DNA of 52,258 nucleotides from a virus (Duplodnaviria; Heunggongvirae; Uroviricota; Caudoviricetes): IMG/VR virus record IMGVR_UViG_2721755660_000011; one strand, 5' to 3'. Shown piece by piece: positions 43,994 to 52,258 of this stretch (position 1 is its first letter; each line of letters starts with the position of its first letter). The notes under the pieces were generated by a model. It saw only the letters and a program-made list of their open reading frames with translations, ran no database searches and was not told where the DNA came from. The position numbers and the translations under genes were made by a program.

Positions 43994-44029
43994 CTACTTA
44001 AAGTAGCGAATTGCAACTACTTAAAATAG
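43994..44029. promoter_or_regulatory. OR-like operator pair (CTAC-N5-GTAG half-site palindromes, 23 bp apart) in cI/cro divergent region
   Basis: ctacttaaagtag (43994..44006) and ctacttaaaatag (44017..44029); same motif and the same 23 bp spacing recur at 45794..45829. Confidence 0.55.
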
Positions 44030-44031
44030 AA

Positions 44032-44772
44032 ATGACGAGCGTATGTGATGTGAGTAATCTTCTACCTATGGTAGAAGAACAGAAGTATCCAGATTTCGCC
44101 AAGAGACTAAACGAGTTAATGACAAACAAGGGAATTTCTGTCACCCAACTCAAAAGTCTTGTTGGCGTTACATATGAAATGGCGCGGCGATACACAATCG
44201 GCGCAGCGAAGCCTCGTGCCTCTGTCATGAATAAACTTGCGTTGGCTCTGGGGGTATCGGCTTCATATTTAGAATATGGTGTTGGCGAGAGAGAAGGATG
44301 TAAGGAAATGGCAAGCATCCCCAATCCAACAAAACCCGACGTATACAGGATAGAAGTTTTAGATCTTAGCGTTAGCGCAGGACCTGGAACCTATATGCTT
44401 TCAGACTATGTTGATGTGCTCTACGCCATTGAGTTCACAACAGAACATGCCCGTTCTCTTTTCGGTAACCGTTCTCAGGATGATATTAAGGTTATGACTG
44501 TAAATGGCGATAGTATGTCCCCTACTCTCGTTTCCGGAGATCGACTGTTTGTCGACATTTCTGTTCGTCACTTCCAGACTGATGGAATTTACTCTTTCGT
44601 TTACGGTAAGACTTTTCATGTTAAACGTCTTCAAATGCAAGGTGACAAGCTAGCCGTTCTTTCGGATAACCCTGCCTATGAGAAATGGTACATCGATGAA
44701 AAATCGCAGGATCAGCTTTATGTAATGGGCAAGGCGTTGATTCATGAGTCAATAAAATACAATCGGTTATAG
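44032..44772 (+). CDS. cI: CI-like prophage repressor (HTH + S24 LexA-like peptidase domain)
   Basis: N-terminal HTH (GISVTQLKSLVGVTYEMARRY); C-terminal S24 motifs (VNGDSMSP ... FHVKRL); start taken at first ATG (44032) abutting operators; ORF track gives TTG at 44011. Confidence 0.8.
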   Translation: MTSVCDVSNLLPMVEEQKYPDFAKRLNELMTNKGISVTQLKSLVGVTYEMARRYTIGAAKPRASVMNKLALALGVSASYLEYGVGEREGCKEMASIPNPTKPDVYRIEVLDLSVSAGPGTYMLSDYVDVLYAIEFTTEHARSLFGNRSQDDIKVMTVNGDSMSPTLVSGDRLFVDISVRHFQTDGIYSFVYGKTFHVKRLQMQGDKLAVLSDNPAYEKWYIDEKSQDQLYVMGKALIHESIKYNRL

Positions 44773-44787
44773 TTCTAAGGGCATATA

Positions 44788-45135
44788 ATGGCTAGTGAGC
44801 AGGGATTCGAAAAGATTAACATGGATATGTTGGTCTCTTATTTCTCAGAAAAGAATATATATCTAAAATGTACACTATGTGGACACGACAGATTGACTGT
44901 GCCTCAAGTCAGCGCGAATGTGGGCATGCCATGTACTATGAAACTTGGTAGTTATGTGAATGTTTTTACTGAAAAAAGCATTTATTCTGATACTGCTAAC
45001 CAGTATTACTTTTCACTAATATGCAACAATTGTGGAAATGAAATTCATATAAATGCGTTTTCAGTTTTGAACTGGGTAAATGAAAAGTTCCCAGCAAAAA
45101 CGGAAGATGAAAAAAATGCCGACGCCGCAAAATAA
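44788..45135 (+). CDS. Hypothetical zinc-ribbon-like protein co-transcribed with cI
   Basis: 115 aa; two CxxC pairs (CTLCGH, CNNCGNE); good Shine-Dalgarno 16 bp after cI stop. Confidence 0.5.
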   Translation: MASEQGFEKINMDMLVSYFSEKNIYLKCTLCGHDRLTVPQVSANVGMPCTMKLGSYVNVFTEKSIYSDTANQYYFSLICNNCGNEIHINAFSVLNWVNEKFPAKTEDEKNADAAK

Positions 45136-45487
45136 TGTAGTACCATTTAATAGTGAACTTCCCACAATTAGAAGACACGGTGGAGATGGCGGAGGTGATG
45201 ACATGCTTGAAGCCCGAGTCGCTAAGTTAGAAGCGAATGTTGAGGATATAAAAACAAATCTCGCAGAGATGAGAGCTGACATTCGTGATTTGCGAAACGC
45301 TCTCTCCGACACCCGACGCGATGTCGCTGTTATCCTTCAAAAACAAATAGATATAGATGAAAAGTTGTCAAAAAAACCTAGCCTAAGTGAAGTCAACAGC
45401 GCTATTTCATCAGCCGTAAATAAACAGATCGCATGGACTGTTGCAACAGGCTTGGCGATTTTAGGTCTCGCCAAATTTATGTTTTGA
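45116..45487 (+). CDS. Hypothetical coiled-coil protein with C-terminal transmembrane anchor
   Basis: Coiled-coil segment (LEARVAKLEANVEDIKTNLAEMRADIRDLRNAL) and C-terminal hydrophobic helix (IAWTVATGLAILGLAKFMF); start placed at ATG 45116 (GGAAG upstream); ORF track starts at 45080. Confidence 0.45.
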   Translation: MPTPQNNVVPFNSELPTIRRHGGDGGGDDMLEARVAKLEANVEDIKTNLAEMRADIRDLRNALSDTRRDVAVILQKQIDIDEKLSKKPSLSEVNSAISSAVNKQIAWTVATGLAILGLAKFMF

Positions 45488-45793
45488 TAAGTTTTTGACT
45501 ATGACCTGCCCTAGTTTTCTTACTATCGAGGCTAAATCACACAATCCATTGAGTAGTAAATTCCCTACCGTTTTACACTTAGCCTCCAAAAACTCAACAA
45601 TACTCTCATGATTGACTTCTCCCCACTTGATGATTAACTAGATCACATACTGATCTCAGCCACAATGAAACAATCCATCACGTTCTACAACTCAGCTAAC
45701 TTCACAATATAATTTTTTGATCATAGCCCCCAAAATATTTTACCTGTAAATTCAATGAATTAATTTCAAAATGCGTTTTTATGCCCTTAACTT

Positions 45794-45829
45794 CTACTTT
45801 TTGTAGTTGATTTTTGCAACTTTAAGTAG
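45794..45829. promoter_or_regulatory. OL-like operator pair (same CTAC-N5-GTAG motif, 23 bp spacing)
   Basis: ctactttttgtag (45794..45806) and caactttaagtag (45817..45829), upstream of the plus-strand early-left operon. Confidence 0.5.
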
Positions 45830-45958
45830 CAATATCATTTTACCGACAACGAACAGGCAGGACGCCCACGAAGTAGCCGCCTGGGGCATATGAAGTCCAG
45901 GATGATTCGTTGAGTCATGTTGTGCCACTAGGCACTCATGTTAAAGCAGGTGTATGAA

Positions 45959-46234
45959 ATGAAAGTCCAGATTTTAAACAATAACTGTGAAGTCGTTTGG
46001 TCATACGACATAGCCGCCCCTGTAGATCAGAGCGGCGATAGCTGGACCAATGGGAAACATCAGATTATGGCTGGAGTTGTGTTCTCTTTACGCCGTGCTT
46101 TGGAACAGGCTGAAGTATTTCCATCAGACCCTGAATGGAAATGGCCTTTTTCTATTTGTCCAAATTCGGAGAGCACATTTCAGAAAATTGGTCAGAAAGT
46201 CGCACTCGAAGAGCATCAGCCAACTGTTTCCTGA
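45959..46234 (+). CDS. Hypothetical protein, first ORF of putative early-left operon
   Basis: ORF with SD-like aggtg upstream; overlaps convergent ORF 46152..46397 by 83 nt, so one of the two may be spurious. Confidence 0.3.
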   Translation: MKVQILNNNCEVVWSYDIAAPVDQSGDSWTNGKHQIMAGVVFSLRRALEQAEVFPSDPEWKWPFSICPNSESTFQKIGQKVALEEHQPTVS

Positions 46235-46397
46235 TTTTTTCAGGTAACTCGTCGGCATCGCAGAAACAACAACGCTCGATCATGTTGAAAGCCGATTCGT
46301 AGAACTGTTTCTGCTGAGTGTCGCTGAGACAGGAAAAGAGCGACGTTACGATGATTTTATTAATTGCATTATCAAGTTCTTTTTCATCAAAAGTCAT
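46152..46397 (-). CDS. Hypothetical protein (81 aa), antisense to early-left operon
   Basis: Protein-like composition, SD-like aagga 9 nt upstream of ATG; overlaps 45959..46234. Confidence 0.3.
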   Translation of the reverse strand: MTFDEKELDNAINKIIVTSLFSCLSDTQQKQFYESAFNMIERCCFCDADELPEKIRKQLADALRVRLSDQFSEMCSPNLDK

Positions 46398-46834
46398 TTG
46401 ATTTTCCTTTTATGTATACGGGCTTAAAAGGATACCACCGAGCCTGAAGTGGTGAAAAGACAGGCACATAACAGCTAAGTATTTTCAACCAAAGAGAATC
46501 CTTAGCGTTGTGGTGAATGCGGCTCAGCGCACGCGGGTTAAGGTTGAGGCTGACAGTCGACCTTCTGTGGATACCCACCCGTCTGGTGTGCAACCTTCGC
46601 CAGGCACCGGGAGGCACCCGACACCACAACTTTATGCTGTGTGTAGTCCTGGCGGTACCAGTTTGTACCCTTGCTTCCGGCTGGTACCGTCCTTTTTACA
46701 AAACAGAGAAGAGCATCACCGGACGACGGGCTCATAACCCAATCCAACCGGGCGGCTGCCACCGCAGGTGTTCTTCTCTGTTTTGTGGAGAAACCAACCG
46801 ACCTTGCAGGGTCGATATGATGAGGAGCAGCAAA

Positions 46835-47197
46835 ATGGCTAGCGAACGCAGTACTGATGTGCAGGCATTTATCGGGGAGCTGGACGGCGGCGTATTTGAA
46901 ACCAAAATCGGCGCAGTTCTCAGTGAAGTCGCTTCCGGTGTGATGAACACGAAAACCAAAGGGAAGGTCTCACTCAACCTGGAAATCGAACCATTTGATG
47001 AGAACCGTGTGAAAATCAAACACAAACTCTCATATGTTCGCCCGACTAACCGCGGGAAAATTTCCGAAGAAGACACCACCGAAACGCCGATGTATGTCAA
47101 TCGCGGTGGTCGCCTGACTATTCTGCAGGAAGACCAGGGACAATTACTGACTCTTGCCGGTGAACCTGACGGAAAACTACGCGCAGCAGGTCATTAA
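46835..47197 (+). CDS. Hypothetical phage protein (YfdP-position)
   Basis: Start chosen at ATG 46835 with AGGAG upstream; the long 5' extension in the ORF track (from 46517) is Arg/Cys/Trp-rich and looks noncoding. Confidence 0.5.
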   Translation: MASERSTDVQAFIGELDGGVFETKIGAVLSEVASGVMNTKTKGKVSLNLEIEPFDENRVKIKHKLSYVRPTNRGKISEEDTTETPMYVNRGGRLTILQEDQGQLLTLAGEPDGKLRAAGH

Positions 47198-47262
47198 TAT
47201 CGTTCTTAATTAACTGATTATTTATCTCATCACTGAATATCTTTATATAGTGAGGACTTATT

Positions 47263-48087
47263 ATGTCTCAGAACTTAGACGCAACCGCAATTAATCAAAT
47301 CCATGCCCTTATTTCTGCTCAGGGTGTTAATGAAATTATCAGTAAGATTGGTGCCGATGCTGTGGCATTGCCTGAGAATTTCCGCATTCATGATCTGGAA
47401 AAATTTAATTTAAATCGTTTCCGTTTCCGTGGTGCGCTTTCCACTGCAAGCATCGATGACTTTACCCGTTATTCTAAAGATCTTGCAGATGAAGGCACCC
47501 GCTGCTTTATCGATGCTGATAATATGCGTGCCGTCAGTGTGCTTAACCTGGGTACTATTGATGAACCAGGTCACGCAGATAACACCGCCACTCTCAAACT
47601 GAAAAAGACAGCACCGTTCTCTGCTCTGTTGTCTGTTAATGGCGAGCGTAACTCCCAGAAATCACTGGCAGAATGGATTGAAGACTGGGCCGACTACCTT
47701 GTGGGCTTTGATACTAATGGTGACACCATTCAGGCAACAAAAGCGGCTGCGGCGGTCCGTAAAATCACGATTGAAGCGAACCAGACCGCTGATTTTGAAG
47801 ATAATGACTTCAGCGGCAAACGCTCTCTGATGGAGTCTGTCGAAGCGAAAACCAAAGACATTATGCCAGTGGCATTTGAATTTAAATGCGTTCCGTTTGA
47901 AGGCCTGAAAGAACGTCCGTTTAAATTACGCCTCAGCATTATCACTGGCGATCGTCCTGTACTGGTTCTGCGCATTATTCAGCTGGAAGCGGTGCAGGAA
48001 GAAATGGCTAACGAATTTCGTGATCTGCTTGTTGAGAAATTCAAAGACAGCAAAGTAGAAACCTTCATTGGTACTTTCAGCGCCTGA
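47263..48087 (+). CDS. YfdQ-like protein (DUF2303-like)
   Basis: 274 aa; size and position match yfdQ of K-12 KplE1 prophage. Confidence 0.5.
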   Translation: MSQNLDATAINQIHALISAQGVNEIISKIGADAVALPENFRIHDLEKFNLNRFRFRGALSTASIDDFTRYSKDLADEGTRCFIDADNMRAVSVLNLGTIDEPGHADNTATLKLKKTAPFSALLSVNGERNSQKSLAEWIEDWADYLVGFDTNGDTIQATKAAAAVRKITIEANQTADFEDNDFSGKRSLMESVEAKTKDIMPVAFEFKCVPFEGLKERPFKLRLSIITGDRPVLVLRIIQLEAVQEEMANEFRDLLVEKFKDSKVETFIGTFSA

Positions 48088-48215
48088 TTTCATTACTGCA
48101 AATGCCCCTGCGGGGGCATTTATGGAAACATAATCGACTCAATAATCGCCGGATGGTGAGGGCTTCCTTTTACCAGAATTCAGCGTGGTGCAGCACATAT
48201 AACGTGGAGAACAAT

Positions 48216-48752
48216 ATGCCATTTATTAAAACTTTTTCTGGGAAGCATTTTTATTATGACAAGATAAATAAAGACGACATCGTGATTAACGATATCGCGG
48301 TTTCCCTTTCAAATATCTGTCGCTTTGCAGGACATCTTTCACACTTCTACAGCGTCGCCCAACATGCGGTGCTTTGCAGCCAACTGGTACCGCAGGAATT
48401 TGCTTTTGAAGCGTTAATGCATGATGCAACAGAAGCGTATTGTCAGGACATCCCCGCGCCACTGAAACGCCTTCTTCCTGACTATAAACGGATGGAAGAA
48501 AAAATAGACGCCGTAATCCGTGAGAAATACGGGTTACCCCCAGTTATGAGTACGCCCGTGAAATATGCCGATCTTATCATGCTGGCAACCGAACGCCGCG
48601 ATCTCGGGCTTGATGATGGCTCTTTCTGGCCTGTACTGGAAGGCATCCCGGCAACAGAGATGTTCAACGTGATTCCACTGGCACCTAGCCATGCCTACGG
48701 GATGTTTATGGAACGTTTTAACGAGTTATCGGAGTTACGCAAATGCGCATGA
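48216..48752 (+). CDS. HD-domain phosphohydrolase (YfdR-like 5'-deoxynucleotidase)
   Basis: HD motif context (AQHAVLCS ... MHDATEAY); start at internal Met gives about 178 aa like YfdR. Confidence 0.55.
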   Translation: MPFIKTFSGKHFYYDKINKDDIVINDIAVSLSNICRFAGHLSHFYSVAQHAVLCSQLVPQEFAFEALMHDATEAYCQDIPAPLKRLLPDYKRMEEKIDAVIREKYGLPPVMSTPVKYADLIMLATERRDLGLDDGSFWPVLEGIPATEMFNVIPLAPSHAYGMFMERFNELSELRKCA

Positions 48753-49105
48753 ATGTTTTCGAAATGGAAGGGTTTCTTCGCGGGAAATGTGTACCGCGAG
48801 ATCTGAAAGTGAACGAAACAAACGCTGAGTACCTGGTACGTAAATTCGACGCGCTTGAAGCTAAATGTGCGGCACTGGAAAACAAAATAATACCAGTGTC
48901 AGCTGAACTGCCACCAGCAAATGAAAGTGTTCTGTTATTTGATGCTAACGGAGAAGGCTGGCTGATTGGCTGGCGTTCTCTCTGGTACACCTGGGGACAA
49001 AAAGAAACCGGAGAATGGCAGTGGACATTTCAGGTCGGGGACCTTGAAAACTTCAATATCACTCACTGGGCAGTAATGCCAAAAGCGCCGGAGGCTGGAG
49101 CATAA
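48743..49105 (+). CDS. YfdS-like hypothetical protein
   Basis: 120 aa; position between yfdR-like and yfdT-like genes. Confidence 0.45.
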   Translation: MRMNVFEMEGFLRGKCVPRDLKVNETNAEYLVRKFDALEAKCAALENKIIPVSAELPPANESVLLFDANGEGWLIGWRSLWYTWGQKETGEWQWTFQVGDLENFNITHWAVMPKAPEAGA

Positions 49106-49410
49106 TGACCACATTTACCAATAAAGAACTAATTAAAGAAATCAAAGAACGAATCAGCAGCCTAGAGGTTCGAGACGATATTGAGCGCCGTGCTTATGAA
49201 ATCGCACTCGTATCTCTGGAAGTAGAGCCAGATGAACGCGAAGCCTATGAATTATTCATGGAAAAGCGTTTCGGTGACTTAGTAGATCGTCGGAGAGCAA
49301 AAAACGGCGATAACGAATACATGGCATGGGATATGACTCTCGGTTGGATCGTCTGGCAGCAACGAGCTGGTATCCATTTTTCAACAATGACACAGCAAGA
49401 GGTGAAATAA
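49105..49410 (+). CDS. YfdT-like hypothetical protein
   Basis: 101 aa; stop overlaps xis start (TAATG). Confidence 0.45.
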   Translation: MTTFTNKELIKEIKERISSLEVRDDIERRAYEIALVSLEVEPDEREAYELFMEKRFGDLVDRRRAKNGDNEYMAWDMTLGWIVWQQRAGIHFSTMTQQEVK

Positions 49411-49760
49411 TGGAGCCATACAGCCTCACACTCGATGAGGCCTGTCATTTTCTCAAGATATCCAGACCGACTGCCATTAATTGGATACGCACAGGGCGTC
49501 TTCAGGCAACACGCAAAGATCCCACTAAGAATAAATCTCCTTACCTCACAACACGACAAGCCTGCATTGCGGCTCTTCAGTCTCCGCTGCATACTGTCCA
49601 GGTGAGCGCGGGTGATGGCATAACAGAGGAAAGAAAATGTCACTCTTCCGCAGAGGTGAAATATGGTACGCCAGTTTCACATTGCCGAACGGAAAAAGAT
49701 TTAAACAGTCTCTTGGAACAAAGGACAAAAGGCAGGCGACAGAACTCCATGACAAGCTAA
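49410..49760 (+). CDS. xis: Excisionase (P22 Xis-like)
   Basis: 116 aa from ATG 49410; [40 protein letters not shown]... matches my recollection of P22 Xis. Confidence 0.8.
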   Translation: MEPYSLTLDEACHFLKISRPTAINWIRTGRLQATRKDPTKNKSPYLTTRQACIAALQSPLHTVQVSAGDGITEERKCHSSAEVKYGTPVSHCRTEKDLNSLLEQRTKGRRQNSMTS

Positions 49761-50800
49761 AGGCTGAAGCATGGCGGGTCAGCAAACTTGGTGAAATACC
49801 TGATATAACGTTCGAGGAAGCGTGTGTCAGGTGGCTTGAAGAGAAAGCACATAAAAAATCACTGGACGATGACAAAAGCCGGATCGGATTCTGGCTTCAA
49901 CATTTCGCAGGAATGCAACTAAGAGACATTACTGAATCAAAAATTTATTCAGCAATGCAGAAAATGACGAACCGGCGTCATGAGGAAAACTGGAAACTCA
50001 GGGCAGAAGCATGCAGAAAAAAAGGGAAACCTGTTCCAGAATACACGCCAAAACCAGCGTCCGTTGCAACGAAGGCTACGCATCTTTCATTTATAAAGGC
50101 CCTACTAAGAGCCGCAGAGCGTGAATGGAAAATGCTGGATAAGACACCAATTATTAAAGTGCCTCAACCAAAGAATAAACGGATCCGCTGGCTGGAGCCT
50201 CATGAAGCACAAAGGCTGATTGATGAATGTCCGGAGCCATTAAAGTCTGTTGTTGAATTTGCACTGGCAACAGGCTTAAGACGCTCGAACATCATCAACC
50301 TTGAATGGCAACAAATAGATATGCAGCGCCGGGTGGCATGGATAAACCCGGAAGAGAGTAAATCAAACCGCGCAATTGGCGTTGCGCTGAATGATACTGC
50401 ATGTCGCATATTGAAAAAACAAATAGGGAATCATCACCGTTGGGTATTTGTGTACAAGGAAAGCTGTACCAAACCAGACGGAACAAAAGCGCCAACAGTA
50501 AGGAAGATGCGGTATGACGCAAACACAGCCTGGAAAGCGGCGCTGAGACGGGCTGGTATTGATGATTTCAGATTTCACGACTTGAGACACACCTGGGCAA
50601 GTTGGCTGGTTCAAGCCGGAGTCCCGTTGTCAGTGTTACAGGAAATGGGAGGCTGGGAGTCTATCGAAATGGTTCGTCGATATGCTCACCTTGCACCTAA
50701 TCACCTTACCGAACACGCACGGCAAATAGACTCGATCCTGATCCCATCGGTCCCAAATTTGTCCCAGTCAAAAAATAAGGAAGGTACTAATGATGTGTAA
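49637..50800 (+). CDS. int: Tyrosine integrase (P22 Int-like)
   Basis: 387 aa; [53 protein letters not shown]... and C-terminal [10 protein letters not shown] ... RYAHL catalytic motifs match P22 integrase, which integrates at thrW. Confidence 0.9.
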   Translation: MSLFRRGEIWYASFTLPNGKRFKQSLGTKDKRQATELHDKLKAEAWRVSKLGEIPDITFEEACVRWLEEKAHKKSLDDDKSRIGFWLQHFAGMQLRDITESKIYSAMQKMTNRRHEENWKLRAEACRKKGKPVPEYTPKPASVATKATHLSFIKALLRAAEREWKMLDKTPIIKVPQPKNKRIRWLEPHEAQRLIDECPEPLKSVVEFALATGLRRSNIINLEWQQIDMQRRVAWINPEESKSNRAIGVALNDTACRILKKQIGNHHRWVFVYKESCTKPDGTKAPTVRKMRYDANTAWKAALRRAGIDDFRFHDLRHTWASWLVQAGVPLSVLQEMGGWESIEMVRRYAHLAPNHLTEHARQIDSILIPSVPNLSQSKNKEGTNDV

Positions 50801-50814
50801 CTTATTGATTTAGA

Positions 50815-50890
50815 TGGTGCCGATAATAGGAGTCGAACCTACGACCTTCGCATTACGAATGCGCTGCTCTACCAACTGAGCTATATCGGC
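50815..50890 (-). tRNA. thrW: tRNA-Thr (anticodon CGU), thrW; prophage attachment site
   Basis: Reverse complement GCCGATATAGCTCAGTTGGTAGAGCAGCGCATTCGTAATGCGAAGGTCGTAGGTTCGACTCCTATTATCGGCACCA; 3' end lies 14 bp from int stop. Confidence 0.9.
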
Positions 50891-51004
50891 CCTGAAAGGA
50901 CATGTTCACGAACGTGAATCACGGTGGACAAGGTTAAAACTAACCGGGCGATGCGTCAATGGCCTTGTGAATCAAATGGCTACTTTTGCATCACCCGGTT
51001 TTAT

Positions 51005-52258
51005 TTACGCACGAATGGTGTAATCACCAATGCCGATCCACTTGTAAGTGGTCAGTGCTTCCAGCCCCATTGGGCCACGCGCGTGGAGTTTTTGTGTGCT
51101 TACCGCCACTTCCGCACCCAGACCAAACTGGCCGCCGTCGGTAAAACGCGTAGAGGCGTTAACGTAAACAGCGGACGAATCCACTTCGTTAACAAAACGC
51201 TGGGCGTTGCGCATATCGCGGGTCAGGATCGCATCGGAGTGTTGTGTGCCGTGTTCACGAATATGGGCGATGGCATCGTCAAGATCGCTGACGATTTTGA
51301 CGTTCAAATCTAATGACAGAAACTCATCGTCATACTCTTCGGCTTTAACAGCAACCACCTTCGCAGGGCCTGCCTGCAACTGCGCCAGTGCAGCTGCATC
51401 TGCGTGTAATGTCACGCCGCTTTCCGCCATTTGTTTGCTTAATGCGGGCAGGAAGCTATCGGCGATGTTTTTATTCACCAGCAACGTTTCAACCGTATTA
51501 CATGTGCTCGGACGCTGAGTTTTCGCGTTGACGATCACTTTTAATGCTTCAGCGATCTCTACACTTTCATCAACGTAAATATGGCATACGCCTATACCAC
51601 CTGTGATCACCGGGATTGTCGACTGTTCACGGCACAGTTTATGCAAACCAGCGCCACCACGCGGGATCAGCATGTCGATGTATTTATCCATACGCAGCAT
51701 TTCACTGACCAGCGCACGGTCAGGATTATCAATCGCCTGCACGGCACCCGCCGGTAAGCCACAGGATTTCAGGGCGTCCTGAATCACCGCCACCGTTGCC
51801 GCGTTAGTGCGACAGGTTTCTTTGCCACCACGCAGGATCACCGCATTACCGGTTTTCAGGCACAGCGAAGCGACATCAACCGTCACGTTCGGGCGCGCTT
51901 CATAAATCACGCCAATCACCCCCAGCGGCACGCGACGACGCTCAAGACGCAGGCCGCTGTCCAGTACGCTGCCATCGATTACCTGCCCCACCGGATCGGC
52001 GAGGTTACACACCTGGCGCACATCATCGGCAATGCCTTTCAGCCGTGCGGGCGTCAGTGCCAGACGGTCAAGCATCGCTTCGCCAAGGCCATTGGCACGC
52101 GCGTCAGCAACATCCTGGGCGTTAGCGTTGAGGATGATTTCGCTTTGTGCTTCCAGTTCATCGGCGATTTTTTCCAGCACGCGATTTTTTTCGCGGCTGG
52201 AGAGTTGCGCTAATTTATACGAGGCTTGCTTCGCGGCAATGCCCATTTGTTCCAGCAT
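51005..52258 (-). CDS. proA: Gamma-glutamyl phosphate reductase
   Basis: 417 aa, [38 protein letters not shown]... matches E. coli ProA; start codon at the window edge. Confidence 0.9.
   Translation of the reverse strand: MLEQMGIAAKQASYKLAQLSSREKNRVLEKIADELEAQSEIILNANAQDVADARANGLGEAMLDRLALTPARLKGIADDVRQVCNLADPVGQVIDGSVLDSGLRLERRRVPLGVIGVIYEARPNVTVDVASLCLKTGNAVILRGGKETCRTNAATVAVIQDALKSCGLPAGAVQAIDNPDRALVSEMLRMDKYIDMLIPRGGAGLHKLCREQSTIPVITGGIGVCHIYVDESVEIAEALKVIVNAKTQRPSTCNTVETLLVNKNIADSFLPALSKQMAESGVTLHADAAALAQLQAGPAKVVAVKAEEYDDEFLSLDLNVKIVSDLDDAIAHIREHGTQHSDAILTRDMRNAQRFVNEVDSSAVYVNASTRFTDGGQFGLGAEVAVSTQKLHARGPMGLEALTTYKWIGIGDYTIRA

Noticed and set aside
46517-46834. 5' extension of the ORF-track call 46517..47197 (226 aa)
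   Set aside because: The first 100 codons are Arg/Cys/Trp-rich and not protein-like; a good AGGAG ribosome-binding site precedes the ATG at 46835, so the extension is treated as noncoding.
49245-49875. Minus-strand ORFs 49245..49643 and 49546..49875 opposite xis/int
   Set aside because: Antisense to the well-supported P22-like xis and int; Cys/Ser-rich translations with no start context.

Overview
Almost the whole window is one lambda-like prophage integrated at the tRNA-Thr gene thrW, next to host proA (51005..52258). Gene names and similarity statements are from reading the ORF translations against remembered reference proteins; no database search was run. Reading right to left from thrW: a P22-type int/xis module; a block resembling yfdP/Q/R/S/T of the K-12 KplE1 (CPS-53) prophage; an immunity region with cI, cro and repeated CTAC-N5-GTAG operator sites; an early operon with a repeat-containing replication initiator and a rusA gene split by IS186; a Q antiterminator and lysis cassette resembling K-12 DLP12, preceded by three phage tRNAs and a DNA methyltransferase; an IS66-family element inserted about 10 bp upstream of nu1; a complete lambda-like head and tail gene set (nu1 through J, with the G-T frameshift site); then lom, stf, tfa, and cargo genes including ompT and a secreted hydrolase. 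The left prophage boundary is not in the window. No CRISPR array and no stx genes were seen. The most interesting candidates for an undescribed system are the two-gene cassette co-oriented downstream of cI (44788..45487), the cargo pair at the stx-equivalent locus (32226..32800), a lipoprotein moron beside Q (34951..35397), a Rha-domain protein with an unexplained N-terminal half (41957..43120), and a GC-rich inverted-repeat-rich noncoding block (46440..46834). The two IS insertions and the absence of a helicase or loader gene suggest the prophage is defective.
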